Notes under the pieces: model-generated | Told to the model about the DNA's origin: nothing | The model's database searches: none | What the model saw: the letters and a program-made list of their open reading frames with translations, nothing else | Shown here: positions 18,522 through 28,685 of the stretch, one piece after another | Layout of the letters: every line of letters starts with the position of its first letter | How positions within the stretch are numbered: position 1 is the stretch's first letter | Source: Minisyncoccota bacterium | GTDB lineage: Bacteria; Patescibacteriota; Minisyncoccia; Phycocordibacterales; DATDWN01 | NCBI GenBank assembly: GCA_041674105.1 | Contig: JBAYWK010000001.1 | Coordinates: 82,190 to 146,189, forward strand | Reading direction: 5' to 3' | DNA: 64,000 nucleotides | Translations under genes and position numbers: made by a program

Positions 18522-19394
18522 TTACTTTACCAAACGCAAATTATTACCATCAGAAATGAAAGTTATGGTTCCTAATTCATAAGTAGCCAGTATTTCTGTC
18601 TTATATTTTTCCAAAATATCCAACACTTCTTTATGTGGATGCCCATATCTACTATTTTTTTCTGCTGAAATAATCGTATACTCTGGAGAAACAGCTGATA
18701 CAAACAAATCCGAAGAACTTGTCCTAGATCCATGATGTCCGGCTTTTAAAATATCACTGTCTAGACCTCCCTTGTCTAAAGAAATAAGATAATTTTCAAT
18801 ACTCTGTGGAGAATCACCTGTCAGCATTACAGAAGTATTTCCATACACAAGCTTGGAAACAATAGAACCATCATTTGAATTTAAACCTGAAATATCTCTG
18901 TCCGGAAAAAGAATCTCTATATATGCCCCTCCACCGATATCTACTATCTGACCTCTTCTAGCTAAAACTTTTGGAATTTTTTTGTCAGCGATCTTCTTTT
19001 CCAAAAAAGTGTACGATTGTGTTTCGGAAGATGCACCTGCCTCAATGACAACCTTTACACTATATTTGTCGAGTAATGAAGCAAACCCTTCATAGTGGTC
19101 TTTGTCTGGGTGGGTAATAATAATGGCGTCCAAACTCCTATCATACCAAGGTATTTGTTTTGATATTTCTCTCATTATAAATTTATTTGGACCTCCATCT
19201 ATTACAACCTGAACACCTGTTGGAGATTCTATAAAAATGGAATCTCCTTGTTCTACATTCAAAAAAGACACAGTTAAAAACCCTTCTCTGTTTTCATTTA
19301 CGGCTACATACCAAAGAAAAAAGCTGATAAAAACTAAAAAAATAAGTAAATACCATTTTAGGCCACGAAATATTTGGAGGGTTCTATCTTTCAT
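18522..19394 (-). CDS. comEC: ComEC/Rec2-type metallo-beta-lactamase domain protein, encoded as a stand-alone C-terminal module.
   Basis: An N-terminal TM anchor is followed by HPDKDH … GHHGS MBL motifs typical of the ComEC C-terminal domain. Confidence 0.7.
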   Translation of the reverse strand: MKDRTLQIFRGLKWYLLIFLVFISFFLWYVAVNENREGFLTVSFLNVEQGDSIFIESPTGVQVVIDGGPNKFIMREISKQIPWYDRSLDAIIITHPDKDHYEGFASLLDKYSVKVVIEAGASSETQSYTFLEKKIADKKIPKVLARRGQIVDIGGGAYIEILFPDRDISGLNSNDGSIVSKLVYGNTSVMLTGDSPQSIENYLISLDKGGLDSDILKAGHHGSRTSSSDLFVSAVSPEYTIISAEKNSRYGHPHKEVLDILEKYKTEILATYELGTITFISDGNNLRLVK

Positions 19395-19460
19395 ATGTTA
19401 TATTATATAGACAATTTATCATTTAGATAAGACTGTATTACAAGTTTAACCTAAAAAAAT

Positions 19461-20051
19461 ATGAAGAAATTTGAAGAAAAAAAATTTAATATAGGAGAAT
19501 TGAAAGGATTTTCAGTTAAATCCATTGAGGAACATTTGAAACTTTATGCCGGATATGTAAAACATTCAAACCTTATACTAGAAAAAATAGAAGAAATGAA
19601 AGAAGATTCTGAGAAAAACGCCTACGCTCTAGCCGAAGTAATGAGAAGATTTGGATTTGAATACAATGGAATGAGAAATCACGAAATTTATTTTGATTCT
19701 CTTTCTGGTGGAGCCTCTGCCATTTCAGACGGTGAATTGAAAAAACAAATAGAAAAAGATTTTGGTTCGTTTGATGGATGGCTTGCATCTTTAAAATCAA
19801 TCGCAGCGACTCGTGGTGTAGGATGGGCAATGCTTTACTTTGATAGAAAAGATAAAAGACTTCTAAATACTTGGGTGGACGAGCAACATATAGGACAGCT
19901 CCAAGACTGTACACTCATACTTGGACTTGATATGTGGGAACACTCTTTTGTTTATGACTATCAACCAAGCGGAAAGAAACAATACATTGAAGACTTCTTT
20001 GAAAACCTAAATTGGTCAAAAGTAGAAGAGAATTTCAAAAATGCGAAATAA
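19461..20051 (+). CDS. sodA: Fe/Mn superoxide dismutase family protein. Its N-terminal His motif is divergent.
   Basis: The C-terminus is GWAMLYFD…LILGLDMWEHSFVYDYQ…NLNWSKVEE, i.e. the D-x-WEH metal-ligand block. The N-terminal HHxKHH is replaced by EEHLKLY. Confidence 0.65.
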   Translation: MKKFEEKKFNIGELKGFSVKSIEEHLKLYAGYVKHSNLILEKIEEMKEDSEKNAYALAEVMRRFGFEYNGMRNHEIYFDSLSGGASAISDGELKKQIEKDFGSFDGWLASLKSIAATRGVGWAMLYFDRKDKRLLNTWVDEQHIGQLQDCTLILGLDMWEHSFVYDYQPSGKKQYIEDFFENLNWSKVEENFKNAK

Positions 20052-20076
20052 AATTTAAAAAATAAATGACTAGCTC

Positions 20077-21546
20077 CTAAGTGGAGCTAGTTTTTTTAAT
20101 CCACCAGAAAATTATTCCGTAAATTAAAAATACTATAATCGGAGAAAATGATGGGATAGTGATGGAGCCAAAAGGAACTTTGTCTGCTACTTGCACAATA
20201 AATAATTGATACTTTAAAAGCAAAAAGGTTAAAACTCCCGGAATAAAAGCAATGTAGATTGATATAAATCCTAAGATACCAGTTATAAACCCTAAAAGCA
20301 TTGTTAGAGGAATAAAGGCTAGAATAAAAAGATTGGCCGGCAGAGAAACAAAAGAAAGTGTCCCTATGGAATACAGTATATATGGTAAGACAAAAATCTG
20401 AGCTGATACTGTAGAAGAAACTATTTCTCGCATTCCAAATCTCTCTGTCACAAATGAAAACTTTTTAGACAAAATGGGTGAAAGAAAAATAAGTCCTGAT
20501 GTGGCTAAGACAGAAAGCTTGAAGGACGGATCAAAAGCTAAAATGAGAGGGTTCCATAAAATCATAAAGACCACTGTGGCAAAAAGGACTTTGGCCGTGT
20601 TATGTTCTCTGTTTGTTTTTTCCAAAAATAATACTAAAAGAATCATTACTCCAGCCCTGACAGCCGAAGTTCCCGCCCCAGAAAGAATAATAAAAAGAAT
20701 TATCCCAAAAACTCCAGACAAAAGAGATATTTGTCTAGGTAAAAAATAAAGTGAAGACATTATACTTTTTGCCACTATGGCAATATTGTAACCAGATAAA
20801 ACAACTATATGAGAAACTCCAACTCTATTAAATTTATCAAGTAAATCTTTTCCTAGAGATCTTTTTGCACCAAGCAAAAGCCCACCCAAAAGAGAGCTCT
20901 CTGGTTCTGGTATAACTTTTTCTATTGAAGCGGTAAACAAAGATTTAATTTTAAAGAGATTTCTTTTTAGAAAATCACCGTTTTGACTTGAAATAAGTTT
21001 TGCTTGTGTAAACGGTGCTGTATACCATATACCTTTTGACCTGAGATAGCCTGGGTAATTAAAAATTCTTCCTTCGTTGCCTTCAAAACTTTCTACCTCT
21101 TCCAGATTTAAAGACAGAGATAATTTATCACCATATTTATACTCTGGATAAATAGAAACTACAGCTATTATTTTTTCATTTACTGTCGTGGTAGCTACCC
21201 CATCAAAAACTGAACTTAGTCTCACCGTAAGTCTGGTGCTATTCTCCCGAACATCTGGCTCGTCTGCTACAATACCTTCGGCTACTATTTTTCTATCTAA
21301 AAAAGAACTAAGCTCGGATTGTTTATAGACTCCAGAAAAGTAAATTCGGGTTAGGCCTAAAATAAATCCGGAAATAAATAAAATAAGACATATAAGAAAA
21401 ACTGAAATATCTTTTGGAGCAAAAATTCTGTAAACAAGAATTAAAAAAATTAAAACAAAAAGCGCAAGCATTGAGCTTGCACCTATCCATATATAGGAAC
21501 CAAAGGAGACCCCTAAAATAAATCCTATTGTTATTGAAAAAATCAT
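20077..21546 (-). CDS. comEC: ComEC/Rec2 competence-channel membrane domain protein, the N-terminal module.
   Basis: The protein has many TM segments and …GVSHIVVLSGYNIAIV… is the competence-domain signature. Confidence 0.7.
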   Translation of the reverse strand: MIFSITIGFILGVSFGSYIWIGASSMLALFVLIFLILVYRIFAPKDISVFLICLILFISGFILGLTRIYFSGVYKQSELSSFLDRKIVAEGIVADEPDVRENSTRLTVRLSSVFDGVATTTVNEKIIAVVSIYPEYKYGDKLSLSLNLEEVESFEGNEGRIFNYPGYLRSKGIWYTAPFTQAKLISSQNGDFLKRNLFKIKSLFTASIEKVIPEPESSLLGGLLLGAKRSLGKDLLDKFNRVGVSHIVVLSGYNIAIVAKSIMSSLYFLPRQISLLSGVFGIILFIILSGAGTSAVRAGVMILLVLFLEKTNREHNTAKVLFATVVFMILWNPLILAFDPSFKLSVLATSGLIFLSPILSKKFSFVTERFGMREIVSSTVSAQIFVLPYILYSIGTLSFVSLPANLFILAFIPLTMLLGFITGILGFISIYIAFIPGVLTFLLLKYQLFIVQVADKVPFGSITIPSFSPIIVFLIYGIIFWWIKKTSST

Positions 21547-22229
21547 AAACTCAATTCACTAAATTCTTTTATTATATTCTCCTCATCTTCTGGCGAAGAA
21601 GTTTTTTTAAATTTTGCTTTTGATTTTCCAGAAACCCTTCTTTTACACTCATCCCAAGTTTTGTGAATCTGAATATTTCCATCCAGCATACTGACATAAG
21701 AATAGGCTTTGGATTTACTTTTTTTCTTTATTCCTTCTTTTTTTATATCAATGGTCAAATTTATTCCATATCTTTCACGCGATCCTTTATACAAAACGGC
21801 CGGACTACCGTCAGCAAAAGAAGTTGCGATAACATCACACCTTTCATTTGGAGCTATACCTGAGTGTCCTTTTAAAAGTTGCCAATCTATAATTCTTTTA
21901 TTTATCAAGACAAGCATTTTTTCCCATAAATCACGATTTAAAACATCTTCTTTTTGAGAAGTCTTCCAATCATTTCTCTGCCAACCGTAAACCCACCTTG
22001 TACTCCCCGAAAGGACATACAGAGAATCTGTATATATAGTCATCTCTCTTTCTCTCCGTGATAGAGAGCTCAGAGCTTCTATAACGGCAGTAAGTTCCAT
22101 ACGGTTATTTGTGGTGTTATCTTCTCTACCACCGAGTTCGGTAACCATATCATCTGTGGCTACTATACTACCCCATCCACCTCTACCCGGATTTCCTCTA
22201 GAAGATCCATCTGTAAATATTGTAATCAT
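21543..22229 (-). CDS. rnhA: Ribonuclease HI with a C-terminal hybrid-binding (HBD / RNase H1 N-terminal-like) domain.
   Basis: The catalytic core is IFTDGSSRGNPG…MEL…YTDS…KGHSG…NERCD. The C-terminus AYSYVSMLDGNIQIHKTWDECKRRVSGKSKAKFKK matches the HBD consensus fYaV..G…tW.EC…V.g…A.FKKF. The gene overlaps the comEC start by 4 bp. Confidence 0.8.
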   Translation of the reverse strand: MITIFTDGSSRGNPGRGGWGSIVATDDMVTELGGREDNTTNNRMELTAVIEALSSLSRREREMTIYTDSLYVLSGSTRWVYGWQRNDWKTSQKEDVLNRDLWEKMLVLINKRIIDWQLLKGHSGIAPNERCDVIATSFADGSPAVLYKGSRERYGINLTIDIKKEGIKKKSKSKAYSYVSMLDGNIQIHKTWDECKRRVSGKSKAKFKKTSSPEDEENIIKEFSELSL

Positions 22230-22246
22230 AAAATTATTATAACAAA

Positions 22247-23959
22247 TTAATATATGTCTACGATGCGAAGTCTTAATTCTGGAAAATTTCTAAAAACAGA
22301 TTTCTCCAAAGTAGCCACTAAGTTTATTTTTAAACCTTTCTCTAATTTTTTTTCAAAACTATCTGGACCTTGAAAAAAAGCTATGGCTATGACATCTTTA
22401 TTGTCTGATTTTTTAAATTTAATTTCTAAATGATTTTTTTCTTTACCAAATTGTTTCACATCAAATATTTCTATGTTTTCCAAAAGAAACTGTGGCTTAG
22501 GATTTTCAAAACCAAAAGGAGAAAATTTTTCTATGTTTTTGTATGTTTTCCAATTTATATCTTCCAAAAATATTTTTCTATCAATTGAAATTTCTTCTTC
22601 ATCATTATTTTCCTCTAGAAGGACAAAAGCTTCATTTAGTCTATCTTCTAGTGTATGAATCTTTTCGACATTAACCGAGAAACCCCCAGCTCCCTTGTGA
22701 CCGCCAAAGTCTATAAAAACATCTTTTACCTTTTCCATAAGAGAAACAATATTTATTTTTCCTCCTGAGCGACAAGATCCTTTTATAATAGAATCTCCAT
22801 TTACCCCTTCTCTACCCCAAATAAAGACTGGTCTTCCATGCTCATCTGAGAAACTGTTTGCAACAAGACCCAAAAGAGATGGTTTCCATTCTGGATTTCC
22901 CAAAACTAAAACATGTTTCATATCCTCATTTCTATTTTCTATTTTTTTCTTTATCTCTTTTATCATTGATGCCACAAGTCCTTTTCTTTCATTATTTTTT
23001 TCATCCAAATGTTTTGCATATACACCAGCCTCCACTTCATCTGTGGTAGATAAAAGCTTGAAAGCATCCGAAGGTATACCCATGCGGCTTGCTGCATTTA
23101 TTCTAGGGGTCACCATAAAAGCAATATCATCTTCTGTAATGGTTGTTTGATTTATTTTTACAAGAGAAAGTAATTTTAAAAGTCCCGGTCTTTTAGATTT
23201 TCTAAAAACCTTTAATCCATAAAAAGCCAACACTCTATTTTCCCCCAAAAGAGGAACCATGTCAGACAGGGTCGCTAGTCCAACCATATCCAAAAACCAT
23301 TTTTCATAACCTTCTGGAAAATCTATTTTTGGATGTTTTGCTAAAGCCTGAACAACTTTGAAAATAACCCCTGACCCACACAACATTTTTTCTGGATAAA
23401 GACAGCCTTTTTGTTTTGGATTTATGATAGCAAAAGCTTTAGGAATTTTTTCTCCCGGTAAATGATGATCTGTAATAATAACATCTATTCCAATACTTTC
23501 TGCATGGTCTATTTCTTTGTCATCTGTTATTCCGCAATCTATAGTTACCAAAAGTTTCACATTTTTAGAAACCAAATAATCTAGGGCTTCGTTGTTTAAA
23601 CCAAACCCCTCTTCATTGCGAAGAGGAATATAAGAAATTATATTTGGATAATTTATTTTTTTAAAAAAATCACTGAACACAACAGAACCTGGAATTCCAT
23701 CTGCATCATAATCTCCATAAATAGCAATTGTTTCATTTTTTTCTATAGCATCAACAATCCTACCCACAGCCTTCTCCATATCTTTCAAAAGAAAAGGGTT
23801 ATGAATATCTTCTTCATAATTTGGATTTAAAAATTTTTCTGCGGTCTCAAAATCTTTAATGCCTCTAGAATATAATAGCTCTTGAACTAAGGGTTCATAC
23901 GCCTTCAGATTTTCAGCAACTTTTTTTGGGACAGCTTTCCGAATAGCATATTTTTTCAT
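22247..23959 (-). CDS. recJ: Single-stranded-DNA-specific exonuclease RecJ (DHH/DHHA1).
   Basis: IAIYGDYDADGI … TIDCGITD … ITDHHLPGE are DHH motifs. Confidence 0.85.
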   Translation of the reverse strand: MKKYAIRKAVPKKVAENLKAYEPLVQELLYSRGIKDFETAEKFLNPNYEEDIHNPFLLKDMEKAVGRIVDAIEKNETIAIYGDYDADGIPGSVVFSDFFKKINYPNIISYIPLRNEEGFGLNNEALDYLVSKNVKLLVTIDCGITDDKEIDHAESIGIDVIITDHHLPGEKIPKAFAIINPKQKGCLYPEKMLCGSGVIFKVVQALAKHPKIDFPEGYEKWFLDMVGLATLSDMVPLLGENRVLAFYGLKVFRKSKRPGLLKLLSLVKINQTTITEDDIAFMVTPRINAASRMGIPSDAFKLLSTTDEVEAGVYAKHLDEKNNERKGLVASMIKEIKKKIENRNEDMKHVLVLGNPEWKPSLLGLVANSFSDEHGRPVFIWGREGVNGDSIIKGSCRSGGKINIVSLMEKVKDVFIDFGGHKGAGGFSVNVEKIHTLEDRLNEAFVLLEENNDEEEISIDRKIFLEDINWKTYKNIEKFSPFGFENPKPQFLLENIEIFDVKQFGKEKNHLEIKFKKSDNKDVIAIAFFQGPDSFEKKLEKGLKINLVATLEKSVFRNFPELRLRIVDIY

Positions 23960-24004
23960 AAGGTCTATTTTAGCACAAATCTAATATGTTATAATTTAAT
24001 AATT

Positions 24005-24364
24005 ATGAAAGATTGTATATTTTGCAAAATTGTTTCAGGAGAAATTCCATCTTATAAAGTTTATGAGGATGAAAATTTTTTGGCCTTTTTAGATATTCAC
24101 CCTCAATCCCCCAGTCATGTTCAGGTCATACCAAAAGAACACTATAGGTGGGTTTGGGATGTGCCAAATGCTGGAGAATATTTTGAGGTTGTAAAAAAAA
24201 TAGCAAAGGCACAAATGAAAGCTTTTCAAACAGATTGGATACTTTCAAAAATAGTTGGTGATGAAGTGGAGCATGCCCATATCTGGGTTTTTCCAAACTC
24301 AGAAGTTTCTGGAGACAAAATGAACTTTGAAGAAAACAAAAATAAAATTATTGAGAGTTTGTAG
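24005..24364 (+). CDS. HIT-family (histidine triad) hydrolase.
   Basis: CIFCKIVSGEIPS … VEHAHIWVFP is the HxHxHxx motif. Confidence 0.8.
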   Translation: MKDCIFCKIVSGEIPSYKVYEDENFLAFLDIHPQSPSHVQVIPKEHYRWVWDVPNAGEYFEVVKKIAKAQMKAFQTDWILSKIVGDEVEHAHIWVFPNSEVSGDKMNFEENKNKIIESL

Positions 24365-24392
24365 TTATATAAAAACTTCATTGAGTCATTAC

Positions 24393-24468
24393 AATTTTGG
24401 AGACTTCGGAGCGCGACGGCGCGAGATTGAGCCAAAGTCTAGCAAGACTTATGGCGTGCTCCAAAATT
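24393..24468. repeat. Repeat family B, copy 2, inverted relative to copy 1 and lying between the convergent HIT and pgk genes.
   Basis: Its reverse complement aligns with 17815..17890 over about 76 nt. The TIR is aattttggag…ctccaaaatt, carrying compensatory substitutions relative to copy 1. Confidence 0.75.
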
Positions 24469-24495
24469 GTGATGAGGAGAAAGAAGTTTTTATGA

Positions 24496-25620
24496 CTACC
24501 TCTCCAACGCTTCCATACCCGGTAAAGTTTCATTGACTAGAAAATCAAGCATAGCTCCACCTCCGGTTGAAACAAAAGTAAATTTATCTGAAAGTTCCAA
24601 TTTATTTATAGAAGCAACAGTATCTCCTCCGCCCACTATTGTCTCCCCAGAACAATTTGAAATTATTTCTGCAAACTGTTCTGTTTTATCTGAAAAACCT
24701 ATCTCATAATTTCCAACTGGACCATTCCAAATGATAGTTTGTGCTGTAGCAATGATGTTTTTTAATTGCTCCAATGTCTCTATACCAGCATCCACTATAG
24801 TTTCATTTTTTTCTACTTCGTTTGATTTTTTAAAAGAAACTTCACCTTTTTCATTTGTAACAGTGACATCTACAGGAACAACTAGTTTCTTATTTTGTAA
24901 TTTTTCTTTTATACCAAACTCTCCTTCTGATACAAGTGATTTACCTATTTCAAAGCCCATCTCTTTATATATATTGTGAGCCAAAGCTCCACATACAAAA
25001 ACTGTATCTGCTTTTTCTAAATATTTTTCTATCAAAGGTATCTTTGTATCAAATTTTGCTCCACCTAAAATAAATACAAAGGGTTTCTTCGGATTAAATG
25101 CTTTGGATAAGTTTTCTATTTCTTGTTTTAAAAGAATTCCGCCAAAATGTGGCAAAAATTCCGGAACAGAAACAATAGATGCATGCTTTCTGTGACTGAC
25201 AGCAAAAGCATCATTTACATAAATGTCAGCCATTTGAGCAAGTTTTTTAGCAAAATCTTTATCATTTTCTTTTTCGCCAGGATTTATCCTAAGATTCTCA
25301 AAAAGAAGAACTCCACCATTTTCCATTTTTGTGATCTTTGCTATAGCTTCTGGAGTAAAATAACTTTCTGAAAAATCCAAAGGTAAAAACCCATTCAAAT
25401 ATTTCCACATCGGTAAAAGTGTTTTTGAATCTTTGCCTTCACAATGAGAAATTATTATAGTTTTTGCTTTTCTAGCTCTCAAAAAATCCAGTGTTTCTAT
25501 AACTCTTTCTAGTCTATAAGTATCTTTAACCTGCCCTTCTATAACAGGAACATTCAGATCAAGTCTTAATAAAATTATCTTTCCCTCTAAATCTTTTTCG
25601 TCTACTATGTATTTAATCAT
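24496..25620 (-). CDS. pgk: Phosphoglycerate kinase.
   Basis: Conserved throughout; the C-terminal …GGGDTVASINKLELSDKFTFVSTGGGAMLDFL is diagnostic. Confidence 0.95.
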   Translation of the reverse strand: MIKYIVDEKDLEGKIILLRLDLNVPVIEGQVKDTYRLERVIETLDFLRARKAKTIIISHCEGKDSKTLLPMWKYLNGFLPLDFSESYFTPEAIAKITKMENGGVLLFENLRINPGEKENDKDFAKKLAQMADIYVNDAFAVSHRKHASIVSVPEFLPHFGGILLKQEIENLSKAFNPKKPFVFILGGAKFDTKIPLIEKYLEKADTVFVCGALAHNIYKEMGFEIGKSLVSEGEFGIKEKLQNKKLVVPVDVTVTNEKGEVSFKKSNEVEKNETIVDAGIETLEQLKNIIATAQTIIWNGPVGNYEIGFSDKTEQFAEIISNCSGETIVGGGDTVASINKLELSDKFTFVSTGGGAMLDFLVNETLPGMEALER

Positions 25621-25623
25621 AGG

Positions 25624-26394
25624 CTATATAGTTTCTATATCTTTTATAAGTTCTACAAAATTTTTATAATTCAAACTTTCTCTACCTATTAAAAGTCCAT
25701 GAACAAAACCATCCACTATAATAGATTTTGCATTTTCTAATGTGACAGACCCACCATAAAGAATCTTTATATCATCACCAAGTATTCCATATATTTCTCT
25801 TAATATTTTTCTTATAAAAATAGACATCTCGTGTATATCTTGAGAACTCATAGCTTCTTTACCTCCAATAGCCCAAACAGGCTCATAAGCAATAATTATA
25901 TTGTCTATATTTTTCTTTGAAACATCTTTCAAAGATAGAGTTATTTGTTTTTTTATAAAAGAAAGATATTCACCTTGAGCATCTCTAGAATTTTCACCTA
26001 TACATATTATTACTTTAAGTCCGGAATTTATTGAGCTTATAACTTTTTTATTGACCATTTCATCCGTATCTCCCAGTTTCCTTTTCTCTGAATGTCCTAA
26101 AATCGTATAACTTACACCAAACTGCTTCACCTGAATTGGACTTATTTGTCCTGTAAAAGAACCTACTGATTCATAAAAAATATCTTGAGCTCCAAGACTT
26201 ATTTGTTTATTAGATATATTTTTTAATGCATCTAGATAAACAAAAGGAGGGCAGATAACAACTTCTGTTCTTTTTACTCTTAAAACACCTCTTTTAACAG
26301 AACTTGCAATCTTTTTAGCCTCAGAAACTGTTACTGGATTCATTTTCCAGTTGCCCACAATCAGATTTTTTATCCTTTTTTTCATATTTATCAA
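25624..26394 (-). CDS. tpiA: Triosephosphate isomerase.
   Basis: VGNWKMN, ILGHSEKR and IAYEPVWAIG are all present. Confidence 0.9.
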   Translation of the reverse strand: MINMKKRIKNLIVGNWKMNPVTVSEAKKIASSVKRGVLRVKRTEVVICPPFVYLDALKNISNKQISLGAQDIFYESVGSFTGQISPIQVKQFGVSYTILGHSEKRKLGDTDEMVNKKVISSINSGLKVIICIGENSRDAQGEYLSFIKKQITLSLKDVSKKNIDNIIIAYEPVWAIGGKEAMSSQDIHEMSIFIRKILREIYGILGDDIKILYGGSVTLENAKSIIVDGFVHGLLIGRESLNYKNFVELIKDIETI

Positions 26395-26582
26395 TTATAC
26401 CAGACAATTGGCCAAATCAACTTACTCAACAAAACCTATATCTCGGTATATTTTAATAAAAACCTTCAGATTTGTATGAAATCCGACGTGAGAGTTTTAT
26501 AATTTGAAGAGCTTTATTTAAATAAAGTGATGAAAATTCTAAAACTTGGAGCGAGGAGTTCGCCAAATCTGAAGGTTTTTGC

Positions 26583-28043
26583 CTACCGAACCTCTTCCCA
26601 AGATATAATCTCATACTGATCCGAGGTTAAAGGAAAACTTGGAGGAGGACCGTACAAGAGGTTTGCGTCATATATAATCTCCCTTATGTCATAACCTGTA
26701 CCATCTGTATAAGAAAAACCATACCTTCCGTTACTTGCTATCATCCCATATAAAGTTATTGAATTTCTTGTATAACCAGTACCACAAGCTGAATTATAAT
26801 AATGCCTACCGACCCTGCCATTTTGAGCAACTAAAGCGGCGTCAATCCTTAAATCTGTATCGCTTTTTAATCCAACATTTATATTTCCTTGAGATATAAG
26901 AGATAGAACATCTCTGCCGTCATAATATGTATAAAGTAAATCATCATTTACAATAATAGCCGGTCTATTGTTTACATTATCTGGGAACCTTCCCGCTGCT
27001 ATTGTTAACCTCTTATTTTGTATTATACCATCTACCCATAAATCATCTTCAACAAAAACCACCCCATTTGCAGGCATAGAATAATTGGCTACAAAAGTCT
27101 GCCCATTGCTTCTTATACTCCAAATGCCCCAATCATCTTGACTATAACTACAGGATCCTGAAACATTTTCTAATCTTGTCACCTTATATACATCAAAAGT
27201 TCCATTTGTTTTTAAAACTATATGGTAACCAAGTGACCCTGAACTAGATATATACTTGCCATTCGACTGAGCTTTAGTTTTCATTTGAGAAATGTCCGTC
27301 GTAAGACCAACAAAATCTACAGCAGGTACAGGAAAAATCCTGCCGGCCACAAATATACCGGATCTACTTGGAACAGAATTTGGAGGAGCTTCAGCCGAGC
27401 GGAAATTATCATTTGTCCCTGTTTGAGGGGGAGGATTGATGTGGGTATGAACAGCAAACTCCTCTCCTCCAGTATGGTCAGGATCATCTGCAGTTGTCTT
27501 GCTACTAGATACAACATTGTAAGCTATCCCATCAAAACGAATACCTCCATTTGAGTGAATAGGTCCATAGACTTCGGTACCTTCTCCAAAACGCATGTAA
27601 TCATTAGCAACTACGGCATATTTTGCTAAAGATGGTATAGCCATCCTAACAACAATAGAGCGGTGTACAGAAGGATCCGAATCAACTTTACCCGTAGATT
27701 TTATAGTTACTATAGTAAAACCTTCTGGCGGAGGGGTTACTTCTAAAGTAAAAGTCCCTATCTTTGTACCATTTTTATCAAAAAAATCGTGAATATAAGG
27801 ACCAGGAAGTCCTGTTCCGTCTTTATAATCACTAGGAGAATGAGCCAAGTGCCATCTATAATAATCAATACCAGCTTCGGCTATTTGGAGAGCTTGCTCC
27901 CTTTTAGATGAAAGTCTGGAAGCTTTTATATTTACAGAAGCCCAACTTATGAGAGCTCCTATCATTATTATGGATATTGTTCCAAAAATAAGAGCTTGAA
28001 TTAAGAAACTTCCCTTATTTTTTTTAAAAGAATTGCTTTTCAT
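26583..28043 (-). CDS. PilX-like large minor or pseudopilin, type IV pilus.
   Basis: An N-terminal hydrophobic pilin-like helix QALIFGTISIIMIGALISW is followed by the AEAG motif of the PilX N-terminal family. Confidence 0.5.
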   Translation of the reverse strand: MKSNSFKKNKGSFLIQALIFGTISIIMIGALISWASVNIKASRLSSKREQALQIAEAGIDYYRWHLAHSPSDYKDGTGLPGPYIHDFFDKNGTKIGTFTLEVTPPPEGFTIVTIKSTGKVDSDPSVHRSIVVRMAIPSLAKYAVVANDYMRFGEGTEVYGPIHSNGGIRFDGIAYNVVSSSKTTADDPDHTGGEEFAVHTHINPPPQTGTNDNFRSAEAPPNSVPSRSGIFVAGRIFPVPAVDFVGLTTDISQMKTKAQSNGKYISSSGSLGYHIVLKTNGTFDVYKVTRLENVSGSCSYSQDDWGIWSIRSNGQTFVANYSMPANGVVFVEDDLWVDGIIQNKRLTIAAGRFPDNVNNRPAIIVNDDLLYTYYDGRDVLSLISQGNINVGLKSDTDLRIDAALVAQNGRVGRHYYNSACGTGYTRNSITLYGMIASNGRYGFSYTDGTGYDIREIIYDANLLYGPPPSFPLTSDQYEIISWEEVR

Positions 28044-28048
28044 TTTAT

Positions 28049-28681
28049 TTATAAATTGTTTTTAAGATTTCTTAAATTCACTTGAGAAGTTCCTATCATT
28101 TCTCCGGGAGGCATATTTGGATCTTTATCTATTATAACAGTAACTTTGACCAATCTTATGTCTGTAATAGGAACAGGTTGCGACAGTGGGACCGAATTTC
28201 CATTGTAAAACTCTGAATAATACTGAAATATGGGTAAGGTAGAACTAGAAACTATATCTGACACTAGTGTGGATACCTTTTCATTTGAAACTGAGTAAAC
28301 CAAAGGGTTACCCGAAGGAGTTATCACTCCTTTTTTTAATTTTCCATTACTCAAAAAATATCTGACTCTCTCTTTCAGTCCTGTACCATAGAGGTCGCTA
28401 TAAAAAATAATTTCTGATGTGCCTGCGACTCCTATCGGATAACCGCCAACACTTGAGGTCTCTGCTTTTCTAAGTTCAGAAACCATAATTTTTGTAACAT
28501 GCCTTAAATCTAATTGGGCAGATAAGTTATTATGCAAATTAGTGTTTAATCTAAAGATATCTCTCTGAAAAGTGGTTACTGTAACAGTCAGAATACTTAT
28601 AATAAAAATACTTATCAAAAGCTCTATTAGAGTAAACCCTTTATTTATTTGTTTATTATTTTTTATAAAATTTATAAACAT
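28049..28681 (-). CDS. Type IV pilin-like protein with a prepilin N-terminal methylation motif.
   Basis: GFTLIELLISIFIISIL is a class III signal. Confidence 0.6.
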   Translation of the reverse strand: MFINFIKNNKQINKGFTLIELLISIFIISILTVTVTTFQRDIFRLNTNLHNNLSAQLDLRHVTKIMVSELRKAETSSVGGYPIGVAGTSEIIFYSDLYGTGLKERVRYFLSNGKLKKGVITPSGNPLVYSVSNEKVSTLVSDIVSSSTLPIFQYYSEFYNGNSVPLSQPVPITDIRLVKVTVIIDKDPNMPPGEMIGTSQVNLRNLKNNL

Positions 28682-28685
28682 TATT

